From contig JBFMCO010000032.1 of NCBI GenBank assembly GCA_040754495.1, positions 123-64,122 of the forward strand: 64,000 nucleotides of DNA, read 5' to 3'. The notes beneath the pieces were generated by a model. That model was given only the letters and a program-made list of their open reading frames with translations. It ran no database searches and was not told where the DNA came from. Of the stretch, positions 15,998-25,314 are shown piece after piece (within the stretch, counting starts at the first letter, position 1; each line of letters starts with the position of its first letter). The stretch comes from Candidatus Micrarchaeota archaeon. GTDB lineage: Archaea > Micrarchaeota > Micrarchaeia > Anstonellales > Bilamarchaeaceae. Both the position numbers and the translations under genes were made by a program.

Positions 15998-17305
15998 ATG
16001 TATTCCAAGCAGACGCTCGAGGAGTTCGCGAAGAAAGGCATTGCCATAGGCGACAGGATACGCGTCGTATCGTCCGGCTCGGCATTCGAGGGCCTGCTCA
16101 TGCCCAGGCCCTACTCGGGCGACCCGTCCATCGTGGTCCTGAAGCTCGACAACGGCTACAACACCGGCCTGAAGGCCGACTCCATAGAGCTTGTGGAGAA
16201 GGCCGTTCCCCGCCCGCCACAGCCAGGGGACAAGGAGGCCCAGAAGAAAGGCGGCGTCGCAATCCTGGGCTGCGGCGGCACCATCGCATCCAAGATAGAA
16301 TACAAGACCGGCGCGGTCTACCCGTCCATAACCCCGCGCGAGCTGCGGACCGCGTTCCCTGCACTCGAGAGGTGGAGCATACACTCCAGGCAGCTCTTTT
16401 CGCTTTTCTCCGAGGACATGAACGCCACGCACTGGATGATGCTCGCCGACGCCATCGAGGATGAGATAAAGGACGGCAGCGAGGGCATCGTCGTCATGCA
16501 CGGCACCGACACCATGACATACACCTCGGCCGCCATAAGCTACATGTTCCAGGGCCTTCCGGCGCCCGTGATATTCGTAGGCTCGCAGAGGAGCTCGGAC
16601 CGGCCCTCCAGCGAGAACGAGATGAACCTGCTGAACGCCGTCTTCTCCGCTACGCAGGACATGGGGGAGGTCGCGGTGTGCATGCATGCCGGCACCGACG
16701 ACTCGTCCTGCCACATCCACCGCGGCTGCCGCGTCCGGAAGATGCACACCTCGCGCAGGGACGCCTTCCGCTCCATGAACTCCCTCCCGCTCGCCGCTGC
16801 CGACTACCGTACTGAGCGATTCGAAGCCCTTTCCCAGTTCAGGGGAAGGCAGAAGAGGATGGAGGTGAAGAAGGCGCTCAACGACAACGTCGCTCTCATC
16901 TACGTCCATCCGAACATAAAGCCGGAGCTCATATCGTCCCTGGACAAGTACGACGGGGTGGTGCTCGCGGGCACCGGCCTCGGGCACGTGCCCACCGACG
17001 CCTTCAGCGACAAGACGGTGAAGGGCATTTTCAAGCCCATAACAGAGCTCATCTCATCAGGCATACCTGTTGTGATGAGCAGCCAGTGCATGTCGGGCCG
17101 CGTGTGCATGCGCGTCTATACGAACGGCCGCCTGCTGCGCGATGCAGGGGTAATCGGGGACGGTGCTGACTGGACGCCCGAGGCGGCATACGCCAAATTG
17201 TGCTGGGTGCTCGGCCAGACGAAGGACATGAAGGAGACGGCCCGGCTCATGATGACGAGCGTCGCGGGCGAGATAAGCGAGCGCTCGGTCCTGGAAGACT
17301 ACTGA
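15998..17305 (+). CDS. gatD: Glu-tRNA(Gln) amidotransferase subunit D
   Basis: 435-aa ORF with the asparaginase-type motif ILGCGGTIASK and HGTDTMTYT. It is directly followed by gatE. Confidence 0.95.
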   Translation: MYSKQTLEEFAKKGIAIGDRIRVVSSGSAFEGLLMPRPYSGDPSIVVLKLDNGYNTGLKADSIELVEKAVPRPPQPGDKEAQKKGGVAILGCGGTIASKIEYKTGAVYPSITPRELRTAFPALERWSIHSRQLFSLFSEDMNATHWMMLADAIEDEIKDGSEGIVVMHGTDTMTYTSAAISYMFQGLPAPVIFVGSQRSSDRPSSENEMNLLNAVFSATQDMGEVAVCMHAGTDDSSCHIHRGCRVRKMHTSRRDAFRSMNSLPLAAADYRTERFEALSQFRGRQKRMEVKKALNDNVALIYVHPNIKPELISSLDKYDGVVLAGTGLGHVPTDAFSDKTVKGIFKPITELISSGIPVVMSSQCMSGRVCMRVYTNGRLLRDAGVIGDGADWTPEAAYAKLCWVLGQTKDMKETARLMMTSVAGEISERSVLEDY

Positions 17306-17317
17306 CGAGGGTTTCAA

Positions 17318-19096
17318 ATGAAAATCGGCATAGAGATTCACCAGCGGCTTGATTCGCACAAGCTGTTCTGCGACTGCCCATCAGCCCTGGCTGGCGAGGA
17401 AGATTTGCCCGTGCTGACAATCACCCGCAGGCTGCACCCTGTTTTCAGCGAGCTGGGCGAGGCCGACGAGGCGTCGCAGGCCGAGTTCGCGAAAGACCGC
17501 GTCTTCGAGTACCAGGCATTCAAAAACAACTGCCTCGTGGAAACCGACGAGGAGCCGCCGAAGCTCCTCAACCGGGAGGCGCTCCAGATATGCCTGCAGG
17601 TGGCAGCCGAGCTTAACGCCGCGCCGGTGAACGAGGTCCAGGTGATGAGGAAGATGGTGATAGACGGGAGCAACACGTCCGGCTTCCAGCGCACGGCGAT
17701 AATCGCCATGGGCGGCCATCTTGAAAGCTCGAAGGGGACGATCGGGATACCGCTGATTGCGCTGGAGGAGGAGAGCGCCGGCATCGTCTCGGCAACTGAA
17801 GGCAAGGCGACATACAGGCTCGACCGCCTCGGCATACCGCTAATCGAGATATCCACCGCACCAGACATCAAGGACGGGGCCCACCTCTCGGAGGTCGCTG
17901 AGAAAATCGGCCTCATACTGAGGGCGACCGGCAAGGTGGCCCGCGGGCTCGGGACCATCCGGCAGGACGTAAACATATCCACGGAAGGCGGCGCGAGGGT
18001 GGAGATAAAAGGCGCCCAGGACCTGAAGCTGCTCCCGGCTTTTGTCGAGAACGAGGAGAAGCGCCAGCTCGCCCTGCTGAAGCTCCTCTACGAGTTGCGG
18101 CGCAGGAAGGCCCTGCCGGTGAAAACCCACCCCGCGGAAGTCACCCAGGTATTCAAGGTCACGGGCGCGGCCCTCATCTCGGCCGGGCTCAAGGCAGGCT
18201 CAATAGTCCTTGCGCAGAAGCTCCCGGAGCACAAGGGCATTCTCGGGACCGAGCTGCAATCCGGCCGCCGCTACGGCACCGAGCTGAGCGACTATGCCAA
18301 GCGCGCGGGCGTGAAGGGAATAATCCACAGCGACGAGAACCTCTCGAAATACGGGATAATTCCGCAGGAGGAGGAGCAGGTGCGCAAGCTCCTGGATTGC
18401 GGCCTCAATGACGCGTTCATCATGGTCGTGGCGCAAAAGGACCCGGCCAGGAAGGCGCTCACCTTCGCAATCAGCCGGGCGAACATGGATGCGGTTCCGG
18501 CCGAGACGCGCAGGGCGAATCCGGATGGCACGTCCTCCTACATGAGACCGCTGCCGGGAAGGGCGAGGCTGTACCCGGAAACGGACGTGCCGCCATTTCC
18601 CATAACCCCGGAACTCCTCTCCTTTGCCGGCAGCGCCGAGTCGCTCGAGGACAAGAAGGCAAAACTTGCAAAACTCCTAAACAAGGAGATGGCCGGCCGT
18701 ATGCTGAAATCCAGGAACCTGCACATTTTCGAGAAACTCGTTGAGGAGGGGGCCGACCCGATGCTGGCCGCGACCACGCTCGAGGACACCCTGGTCGCGC
18801 TCCGCAGGGAAGGCGTGGAGTTTGCCGACCTGGAAAAAGCGCTCACGGAGCTCTTTGGCGAATACCGCAAGGGCAGCTTCGTCAAGGCCGCTATCCCAGA
18901 TGTCCTCAAGGGCATGGCAAAGGGCGCCCGCGTGGAGGCGGTCCTCAAGGTCTTCCGCCTGCAGAGGGTAAGCGGGGAGCAGCTCGGGAAGCTCGCCGAG
19001 GAGTGCGGCTACGATATGAAGACGCTCATGCAGAAATACCGCCTCCAGGTGGACCCGCAGGAGGCCGCAGAGCTCCTGAAGAAGCGCAAGTCGTGA
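17318..19096 (+). CDS. gatE: Glu-tRNA(Gln) amidotransferase subunit E
   Basis: 592-aa ORF with MKIGIEIHQRL...KLFCDC and an N-terminus and length typical of GatE. Confidence 0.95.
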   Translation: MKIGIEIHQRLDSHKLFCDCPSALAGEEDLPVLTITRRLHPVFSELGEADEASQAEFAKDRVFEYQAFKNNCLVETDEEPPKLLNREALQICLQVAAELNAAPVNEVQVMRKMVIDGSNTSGFQRTAIIAMGGHLESSKGTIGIPLIALEEESAGIVSATEGKATYRLDRLGIPLIEISTAPDIKDGAHLSEVAEKIGLILRATGKVARGLGTIRQDVNISTEGGARVEIKGAQDLKLLPAFVENEEKRQLALLKLLYELRRRKALPVKTHPAEVTQVFKVTGAALISAGLKAGSIVLAQKLPEHKGILGTELQSGRRYGTELSDYAKRAGVKGIIHSDENLSKYGIIPQEEEQVRKLLDCGLNDAFIMVVAQKDPARKALTFAISRANMDAVPAETRRANPDGTSSYMRPLPGRARLYPETDVPPFPITPELLSFAGSAESLEDKKAKLAKLLNKEMAGRMLKSRNLHIFEKLVEEGADPMLAATTLEDTLVALRREGVEFADLEKALTELFGEYRKGSFVKAAIPDVLKGMAKGARVEAVLKVFRLQRVSGEQLGKLAEECGYDMKTLMQKYRLQVDPQEAAELLKKRKS

Positions 19097-19220
19097 ATGT
19101 TCTTTCTCACAGTTTTCTTATCAAGCTAAGGCTATTTTTGTGAAAATTACTTAATAACCAAAAAACCCGATGGCACGGAACACAAATTCCTTATTTTTCG
19201 CTAATTATGTATAAATGTGG

Positions 19221-19233
19221 TAAATATATAAAC
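19221..19233 (+). promoter_or_regulatory. TATA-like box in AT-rich intergenic region
   Basis: TAAATATATAAAC is centred about 27 nt upstream of ATG 19254. The whole 19097-19253 spacer is conspicuously AT-rich. Confidence 0.45.
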
Positions 19234-19253
19234 TTTGACTGCGCAAATAAGGC

Positions 19254-20720
19254 ATGGACCAGGCCAGGCCTCAGAACAGCCAGAGAACGGCTTACCTCCA
19301 CTTTGCGAGCCGCTTCCCGTTCCCCGTGAATCCTATATTCTTCGGGCAGACGTTCGTGATAGGCAATCTCACCGCCGCCACCCGCTACGCCAACCCCTAC
19401 ACTGAGAAGCCCGCGAGTCCTTATGCGGCAAACCCCTACAAGAAAAGGAACTACGTCTTCCTCCGCGATGCCGACCCGCTGTCCGAGCCGCTCCTGGGCG
19501 AGAAGGCCCAGAAGCTTTCACGGGCCAGGTTCAACGCCACGCTGAAAGTCGGCTACAGCATCGAGGCAATAGACCAGATGGCCTCTTTCGTGAGGAAGCA
19601 GGCCGAAGAGGGCTACCACAGCGTGATGCTCTTCCACTTCCCGGTTAGCCCGGACACCGAGTTCGCCTACGCCCTGCGCAGGGCGCTTGAGGCTGGCGGC
19701 CTCTCCAGGGAGCATTCTGTGATATTCTACCTCCACACCAACGCCGACAGCCACTACCACCGGCCGGAGGACGAGGCGTTCTCCAGATACCACCTTGCCA
19801 TGTGCAGGGCCGCAGACGGCGTTATCGGAGTGAGCCAGGCCGTCCGCGACAACTTCGTGAAGATACGCGTCCGGGACGGGGAGGGCGAAGTGTCTCTCAA
19901 TCCGGACACGTCTCTCGTTGTCAGGAACGGCATAGACCCCCACATTTACACGATAAGGGACGAGAAGGAGATATGCGAGGCCCGGCGCGAGCTCGGGCTC
20001 GCCGACGGCCTTGAGAAGGTAGTCTCCTTCGTCGGCAGGATGGACAGGCTCAAGGGCAGCGATTACCTCATCAAGGTGCTCGAGCACTTCGAGGCGAGCA
20101 CGGACCAGGCAGACGCCAAGGTCGGCTTCGTCATAGCGACCCCGCATGTGCTCAACATAGACATGGCATCAAAGCCGTTCAGGGGCCTTCTCCGCATGAA
20201 GAGGCTGATTTCCGAGAACCGGCTCAAGGTTGTCCTGGACATATCCAAGTTCACAAGAGGCGACGAGCGCTTCAGGGACGACGTGGAAGGCATCCTCAGG
20301 GGCTACGCCGAGAAACGCGGCCTCTCATCCGCGCTCGGAGACCCGCTCTTCAGGAGCCTTTACGGCGGCATGACCAACATCCCCATCCAGACCATCTCGG
20401 ACGTCTACCTCCACCCGTCAAGAAGCGAGGCATTCGGGCTTGCCGTCCTGGAAGGCGTCTTCTCCGGCGCGTACGTAGTCTCTACCCGGGTGGGTGGCAT
20501 CCCGGAAATCGTGGTGGACCCGCGCCTAGGCACCCTCGTGCCATTAGATAGCGATAAAAACGTTTTCGTAAAAAAGCTGATAATGGCGATTTGTGGTGCG
20601 GAACCGCCGCGGTCATTCGACAGGGCCGGTCTCGAAGCCTACTTCGCGTCATACACCGACAGGAGCATGTTCGACGGCTTCGAGTCTGCCGTATCAAGGA
20701 TAAGGGGGGTGCGCTCATGA
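19254..20720 (+). CDS. glycosyltransferase (GT4/GT-B fold) with N-terminal extension
   Basis: 488-aa ORF with HPSRSEAFGLAVLEGVFSGAYVVSTRVGGIPEIV, the EX7E-type GT4 C-terminal motif. Confidence 0.8.
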   Translation: MDQARPQNSQRTAYLHFASRFPFPVNPIFFGQTFVIGNLTAATRYANPYTEKPASPYAANPYKKRNYVFLRDADPLSEPLLGEKAQKLSRARFNATLKVGYSIEAIDQMASFVRKQAEEGYHSVMLFHFPVSPDTEFAYALRRALEAGGLSREHSVIFYLHTNADSHYHRPEDEAFSRYHLAMCRAADGVIGVSQAVRDNFVKIRVRDGEGEVSLNPDTSLVVRNGIDPHIYTIRDEKEICEARRELGLADGLEKVVSFVGRMDRLKGSDYLIKVLEHFEASTDQADAKVGFVIATPHVLNIDMASKPFRGLLRMKRLISENRLKVVLDISKFTRGDERFRDDVEGILRGYAEKRGLSSALGDPLFRSLYGGMTNIPIQTISDVYLHPSRSEAFGLAVLEGVFSGAYVVSTRVGGIPEIVVDPRLGTLVPLDSDKNVFVKKLIMAICGAEPPRSFDRAGLEAYFASYTDRSMFDGFESAVSRIRGVRS

Positions 20721-21100
20721 AAGCCGCTCTGAGGCCGCACGATTTCGACAGGACCTGCAGTCTCGTCCGCCTCCGCCTGCGTGGCGACAGCATATCCTAC
20801 GAGGAGAAGCTCGCCATAGTGGGCGACATCCGCAAGGCGGCCAATGACAGGAACGTTCCCTGGGGCAGCTCCAACCGGGTTATAACCGACCTGCTCGCGA
20901 TTATTAACGGCCGGCGCATGCGCGATGAGAGACCGGACATGGACCAGGAAGACCTTTTGCGCGCCACCGAGCTCTATCTTGCCGGGAACCGGAAGGACCC
21001 GCGGGTGGAAGAGCTTCTCGACGCGCTCTCGAACCTGCGCGAAGCCCGGCTCGGCATAAAGAAAGTTCCCCTTGCCGAGGATTTGAAGAGGACCGCCTGA
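20717..21100 (+). CDS. hypothetical protein
   Basis: 127-aa reading frame from ATG 20717, which overlaps the GT stop in an ATGA junction. I recognise no family. Confidence 0.5.
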   Translation: MKAALRPHDFDRTCSLVRLRLRGDSISYEEKLAIVGDIRKAANDRNVPWGSSNRVITDLLAIINGRRMRDERPDMDQEDLLRATELYLAGNRKDPRVEELLDALSNLREARLGIKKVPLAEDLKRTA

Positions 21101-21131
21101 TTTTTTTAAACTGTCCCCAGCTATTCTTTCC

Positions 21132-21674
21132 GTGCTCAATCCCTGCTCGATGTGCCCGGCGCACTGCTGCAAGAGCTACACCATCACGCTGACCGCCTTC
21201 GATGTCCTGCGCGCGATGCAGGCTACTGCAAGGCCGTTCTCCGAATTCGCCGTCCTCCACCAGGCCCGCCTGCTAGCCTTCGACCCGGACACCACGCTCG
21301 ACATGGAAGACGATTCCTGGGTCTATATCCTGGGATTCAAGTCCCACCCATGCGTCTTCCTCGGGAAGGACAACCTCTGCACGATTCATGAGAACGCCCC
21401 GATGTCGTGCCGCCGCTACCCCTTCCAGCTGGACGGAAAGCTCAACACCCGCTTCTGCCCCCTGCCTTCACAGCTCGTTTTCAGGCTAAAGGGAGCCGAC
21501 ATCCGGACGGAGCCCCTCGTGCGCGAACTCGAGGCTTACAAGAAAATAGTCAAGGAATGGAACAGGAAGCCGGGAAAGCTGGCCGAATGCATCCCGTTCC
21601 TCCTCAAGATGGCGGAAGCGGCCGAGGCCGGCCTCCGCTCCTCAGCCAGTCCCCCCGAGGAACGTGGCATATAA
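21132..21674 (+). CDS. YkgJ-family Cys-cluster (CxxCxxCC) protein
   Basis: 180-aa ORF with CSMCPAHCC near the N-terminus and HPCVFL...NLCTIHENAPMSCRRYPF. GTG start at 21132, with an alternative ATG at 21150. Confidence 0.7.
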   Translation: MLNPCSMCPAHCCKSYTITLTAFDVLRAMQATARPFSEFAVLHQARLLAFDPDTTLDMEDDSWVYILGFKSHPCVFLGKDNLCTIHENAPMSCRRYPFQLDGKLNTRFCPLPSQLVFRLKGADIRTEPLVRELEAYKKIVKEWNRKPGKLAECIPFLLKMAEAAEAGLRSSASPPEERGI

Positions 21675-22916
21675 GAGGTAGGCGTTGAATGCGAGGATTA
21701 TCAGCGCGAAAAGCGTTGCCACCACGGTCGTAAGCTTCCTGTTCGCGAACTCGCCCATTAGCTTCTTATCCGAGCTGTAGTATATCAGCGGAATCAGGGG
21801 GAGCGGTATGAGGAGGCTGAGCGCGACCTGGCTGTACACGAGCACCTGCAGCGGCTCTATGCCGAGCACGATGGCGACAAGGAGCGGTATGACGTTTATC
21901 ACCCTTGTTATCACCCTCCTCAGCGTCGGGCTGAGCTTGAAATCAGTAAGGCTCTCCATAATGCTCTGCCCGGCCAGCGTGCCGGTGATAGAGGAGGAGA
22001 TTCCGGCCGATAGCAGCGCCACGGCGAAGACAATTGAGGCAAGGGGCCCAAAGAGCGGAGTGAGCGTCCTATACGCCTCGTCTATGGTCGCAACCTGGAA
22101 CCCGGAGTTGTAGAACGCCGCAGCCGCCATGATGAGTATCGCCGCGTTTATGAGGCCCGCGATGAACAGCGACATCACGTTGTCGACGATATGGTATCTC
22201 AGCGCCGTCTTCTTGTCCACTTTCCTGTCGTTCTCCTCCATCTTGTTCTTCAGCAGCCAGGAATGCACGAAAAGCGCGTGGGGCATCACGGTTGCGCCTA
22301 TTATCCCAACCGCGAAGAGCACTGTTTCCGGAGTCAGCTTCGGCGTGATTGAGCCCGCGGCGAGGAGGCCGAGGTCCGGCCGGGTGATGAAAAGCTCGTA
22401 GACGTAACCTATGCCGATGACGGAGACAAACAGTATGAACGCGTACTCGAGCGTCCTGAACGTCTTGCTCGCGAGGAACAGCAGGAGAAGCACGTCGGCT
22501 ATAGCGAGGAACGTGCCAATCAGCATCGGTATGCCGAAGAGCAGGTTCAGCGCTACCACTATCCCGAGGAACTCGGCCAGGTCTGTTGCCAGTATCGCTA
22601 TCTCCGCGAGCAGCCAGTAGACGAAGACAAGGCCCTTGCTCTTCCATCTGGAGCGGACCGCTCCCGCGACCGTGTGGCCCGCTATGCCCATCTTTCCCGA
22701 GAGGTACTGGAACAGCATGGCCATGATGCTGGACAGCCAGACCACCCAGAGCAGGTCGTAGTTGAACGAGGCGCCGCTGCTTATCGAGGTGCCCCAGTTT
22801 CCCGGGTCCATATATGCGACGCTCACGATAAGGCCGGTGCCGAAGAAGGCCCAGAACTTCCGGTCCGTGATGTGCTTCGCAGCCCCGATGACGTCTTTCA
22901 GTCCATGGATTGGCAT
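21642..22916 (-). CDS. mntH: NRAMP-family divalent metal (Mn2+/Fe2+) transporter
   Basis: Start placed at ATG 22916 (MPIHGLKD...), preceded by GGTGGA and 9 nt downstream of the regulator stop. Contains the AYMDPGNWGTSISSGA motif and is polytopic. Confidence 0.9.
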   Translation of the reverse strand: MPIHGLKDVIGAAKHITDRKFWAFFGTGLIVSVAYMDPGNWGTSISSGASFNYDLLWVVWLSSIMAMLFQYLSGKMGIAGHTVAGAVRSRWKSKGLVFVYWLLAEIAILATDLAEFLGIVVALNLLFGIPMLIGTFLAIADVLLLLFLASKTFRTLEYAFILFVSVIGIGYVYELFITRPDLGLLAAGSITPKLTPETVLFAVGIIGATVMPHALFVHSWLLKNKMEENDRKVDKKTALRYHIVDNVMSLFIAGLINAAILIMAAAAFYNSGFQVATIDEAYRTLTPLFGPLASIVFAVALLSAGISSSITGTLAGQSIMESLTDFKLSPTLRRVITRVINVIPLLVAIVLGIEPLQVLVYSQVALSLLIPLPLIPLIYYSSDKKLMGEFANRKLTTVVATLFALIILAFNAYLLYATFLGGTG

Positions 22917-22924
22917 GTTTCCAC

Positions 22925-23317
22925 CTATGATATGGCCCTTCCGTGAGGGTCGGTCTTCGGCTTCCCGATGAACAGGTAGAGCCTCCTTATCATCTCGTCG
23001 CTCGCCCAGTGCTCCATAGCGCATGCCTCGCCATGGACCTTGTCCCTGCCCATCTTCAGCTTGTCCACGAGGAACGCCTCTATCACGCGGTGCTTGAAAT
23101 TCATCTTCCTCGCTATATCCGCGCCCTTCCCTGCAAGATGCACCTTCCCGTAGCGCTCCATCTCGACAAAGCCCTCAGAGGCAAGCTTGCGGAGCGTGAG
23201 GGCGACCGTGTTCTTCGACAGTGCCAGGGCCTTGGCTATGTCCACAGACCTGACGCCATCCCCCGCGTCCATCTTGTCGATGGCGCGGCAGTAATCCTGT
23301 ATCGTCTTCTCGTGCAT
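22925..23317 (-). CDS. mntR: DtxR/MntR-family metal-dependent transcriptional regulator
   Basis: Start at ATG 23317 (MHEKTIQDYCRAI...). wHTH region (SVDIAKALALSKNTVALTLRKLASEGFV) and metal-site region (FKHRVIEAFL...HGEACAMEH). Confidence 0.85.
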   Translation of the reverse strand: MHEKTIQDYCRAIDKMDAGDGVRSVDIAKALALSKNTVALTLRKLASEGFVEMERYGKVHLAGKGADIARKMNFKHRVIEAFLVDKLKMGRDKVHGEACAMEHWASDEMIRRLYLFIGKPKTDPHGRAIS

Positions 23318-23344
23318 AGAGAACAAAAGTTCTATGCATAGAAC
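23314..23344. promoter_or_regulatory. candidate MntR operator (perfect 16-bp palindrome plus third half-site)
   Basis: GTTCTATGCATAGAAC (23329-23344) is a perfect palindrome. A related half-site CATAGAGAAC overlaps the mntR start codon. Both lie between a TATA-like box (23345-23356, minus strand CCTTTAAAAATG) and the ATG. Confidence 0.45.
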
Positions 23345-23422
23345 ATTTTTAAAGGTTTTCGGCGAGCCGAAAATCTTCCCCGCCCCACGCCGATAACCAT
23401 GGTATTCTGTGTTCAAAAATGG

Positions 23423-23436
23423 CTATTTATAAATAG
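23423..23436 (+). promoter_or_regulatory. palindromic TATA-like box for 23460 gene
   Basis: CTATTTATAAATAG is centred 30 nt upstream of ATG 23460. Confidence 0.45.
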
Positions 23437-23459
23437 TTCGCGGCTTATATGGGATTCTA

Positions 23460-24257
23460 ATGAATCAGCTTCAACATGAGCGGCTGCATGCTCCTGCAGT
23501 ACTTCCAGCCATCGCCATGGCACAGGGCAGGTTCGGCAAATACAAGAAAGAGGATTCGCACGGAATTCGGCAGGCAGAAACCAGCGGCGGCGAAATCCAG
23601 CGCCTGAGGCAGCTCCGGGAAATGCTCCGGAGCATGACCCCGGGGCAGGCGATGCAGGTAATGGAGTTTTACCTCGGATTGAACGTGTTTGAAGCCTTGG
23701 CCCTTGCCAAAAAAGAAGGCGCACTGATAGTTCCGAATTACGTTCATGACAGGATTCTGACTGAGAGCGAGGACAAGGCATTTGTCAGGAATTGCGCGGT
23801 TTGGACAGGAACCGCGGTAATTCATGAAGCCAAGGGGAAGGCATTTGGGGAAACGGCCGTTTTCCGCTGGAACTATGCAGATGCTGCCCAACACGCCATA
23901 TCATTCGTCGTCCCAGCCGCCTTCAGAGGCAAAAAAGACTGCGCGCTTGTAGTCGAGCATCCTGATTTTGATTTCATCTCTCTCGGAAGCCGGAGCTACG
24001 GACTCCGGGTCTCCGATGAAGGCAGGATTCATTTGCTGAAAAACTTCCCGCGCGAATACGGATGGTACCACTACGATGAAAAATCCAGAATACCCGCAGG
24101 TGATCAAGTCCGTGCTGGGGGCCGCTACCTTCGGAGAAATAACGGTTCCTATCTGGGCCTTGTTGCCCGCGGCGACTGGGGCGGCGACGGCAACGGGCGG
24201 GACGTCCTCCTCGGCGCCGAGCCGTCCGTCGGTATCAGGGTGGCCGTCGTTCGCTAA
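23460..24257 (+). CDS. hypothetical protein, paralog A of 28407 gene
   Basis: 265-aa ORF, collinear with the 271-aa product of 28407-29222 (for example QGRFGKYKK.../RQAETSG..., LRQLREMLRSMTP, GALIVPN.VHDRILTE, KDC.LVVEHPDF). Confidence 0.65.
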   Translation: MNQLQHERLHAPAVLPAIAMAQGRFGKYKKEDSHGIRQAETSGGEIQRLRQLREMLRSMTPGQAMQVMEFYLGLNVFEALALAKKEGALIVPNYVHDRILTESEDKAFVRNCAVWTGTAVIHEAKGKAFGETAVFRWNYADAAQHAISFVVPAAFRGKKDCALVVEHPDFDFISLGSRSYGLRVSDEGRIHLLKNFPREYGWYHYDEKSRIPAGDQVRAGGRYLRRNNGSYLGLVARGDWGGDGNGRDVLLGAEPSVGIRVAVVR

Positions 24258-24283
24258 GCTCACTCATTTCCATTTCTTATAAC

Positions 24284-24295
24284 CATTTATAAATT
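24284..24295 (+). promoter_or_regulatory. TATA-like box for kinase gene
   Basis: CATTTATAAATT lies about 20-26 nt upstream of ATG 24310/24316. Confidence 0.4.
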
Positions 24296-24309
24296 CTTCC
24301 AGGCACAAT

Positions 24310-25314
24310 ATGTTCATGACTCACAGGCTCAGGCATTCCCATGCCCCTTCGCGTCCCGCCCCGTACTCGGGCCCGCTGGAGGAATTCCGCAGGCATTTCG
24401 ATTCAGACGTGAGTGCCCTCGGCCTCCCATCCGTTCCGGGATACAGGCTGCACCGTGAGATAGGCAAGGGCGGCATGGGCCGGGTGTATCTCGCCAGCGA
24501 TGAGTCAGGCCGGGAATGCGCGCTGAAACTGTTCCCGAACTTCCCGGAGTGGGACGAGAGCGCGTATCTGAAGGAGTGGTTCCTGAGGGAGTGCGCAGCG
24601 CTTCTCGCGATATCGCACCCCAACGTGGTTTCGAGCTTCGAGGCTGGCGCAACCGAGGATTTCCTCTATCTTTCGATGGAGGTCGTCCGGGGCAGGACGC
24701 TCCACCGCCTGCTCCAGGAAGAGGGGCCCCTGCCATGGCCGGCTGCCAAATCAGTCATGGACGGCGTCTGCGCAGGGCTGCACGCCGCGCATGAAACCGG
24801 CGTGGTGCACCGCGACATAAAGCCCGAAAACGTCCTTGTAGTCGAGAGCAACGGGGGCATCAGCGTGAAGGTGATAGATTTCGGCCTGTGCCACATCGAC
24901 GGATACGAAGAGATATACTCCTATGTTCATTCGCTGGAACATCCGTTCGCGCCGCAGATATCCCCTGTGGACGGCGACTTCGGCACGCCGGAATTCCGCC
25001 CGCCCGAGTTCGATGAGCCTGGCATGAACAAGCGCAGGACGTTCGACGTCTATTCCGCAGGCGTGCTCCTCTTCGAGATGGTCTGCGGGCGGCACCCCCT
25101 TCACCCGGGCTCGCCAGGAGGGGCAGTCCTCCCGGGTTTCCTCCGCTCGCTCCAGTTCAGCGGCCTGCACAAGAACGGAAAGGTCCCGAAGCCGTCCGAG
25201 CTGGGCATCCGGATGCCGGAGAAGGCCGAATCAGCCCTCATGCGCTCTCTCGAGAAAAGCCCAGCGCACCGCTTCGCGTCGATGGAAGAGATGCGCGATG
25301 CCATGGCGCTTTAG
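24310..25314 (+). CDS. Hanks-type Ser/Thr protein kinase
   Basis: 334-aa ORF with GKGGMGRVYLA, ALK, HRDIKPENVLV and DFGLC motifs. Confidence 0.85.
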   Translation: MFMTHRLRHSHAPSRPAPYSGPLEEFRRHFDSDVSALGLPSVPGYRLHREIGKGGMGRVYLASDESGRECALKLFPNFPEWDESAYLKEWFLRECAALLAISHPNVVSSFEAGATEDFLYLSMEVVRGRTLHRLLQEEGPLPWPAAKSVMDGVCAGLHAAHETGVVHRDIKPENVLVVESNGGISVKVIDFGLCHIDGYEEIYSYVHSLEHPFAPQISPVDGDFGTPEFRPPEFDEPGMNKRRTFDVYSAGVLLFEMVCGRHPLHPGSPGGAVLPGFLRSLQFSGLHKNGKVPKPSELGIRMPEKAESALMRSLEKSPAHRFASMEEMRDAMAL

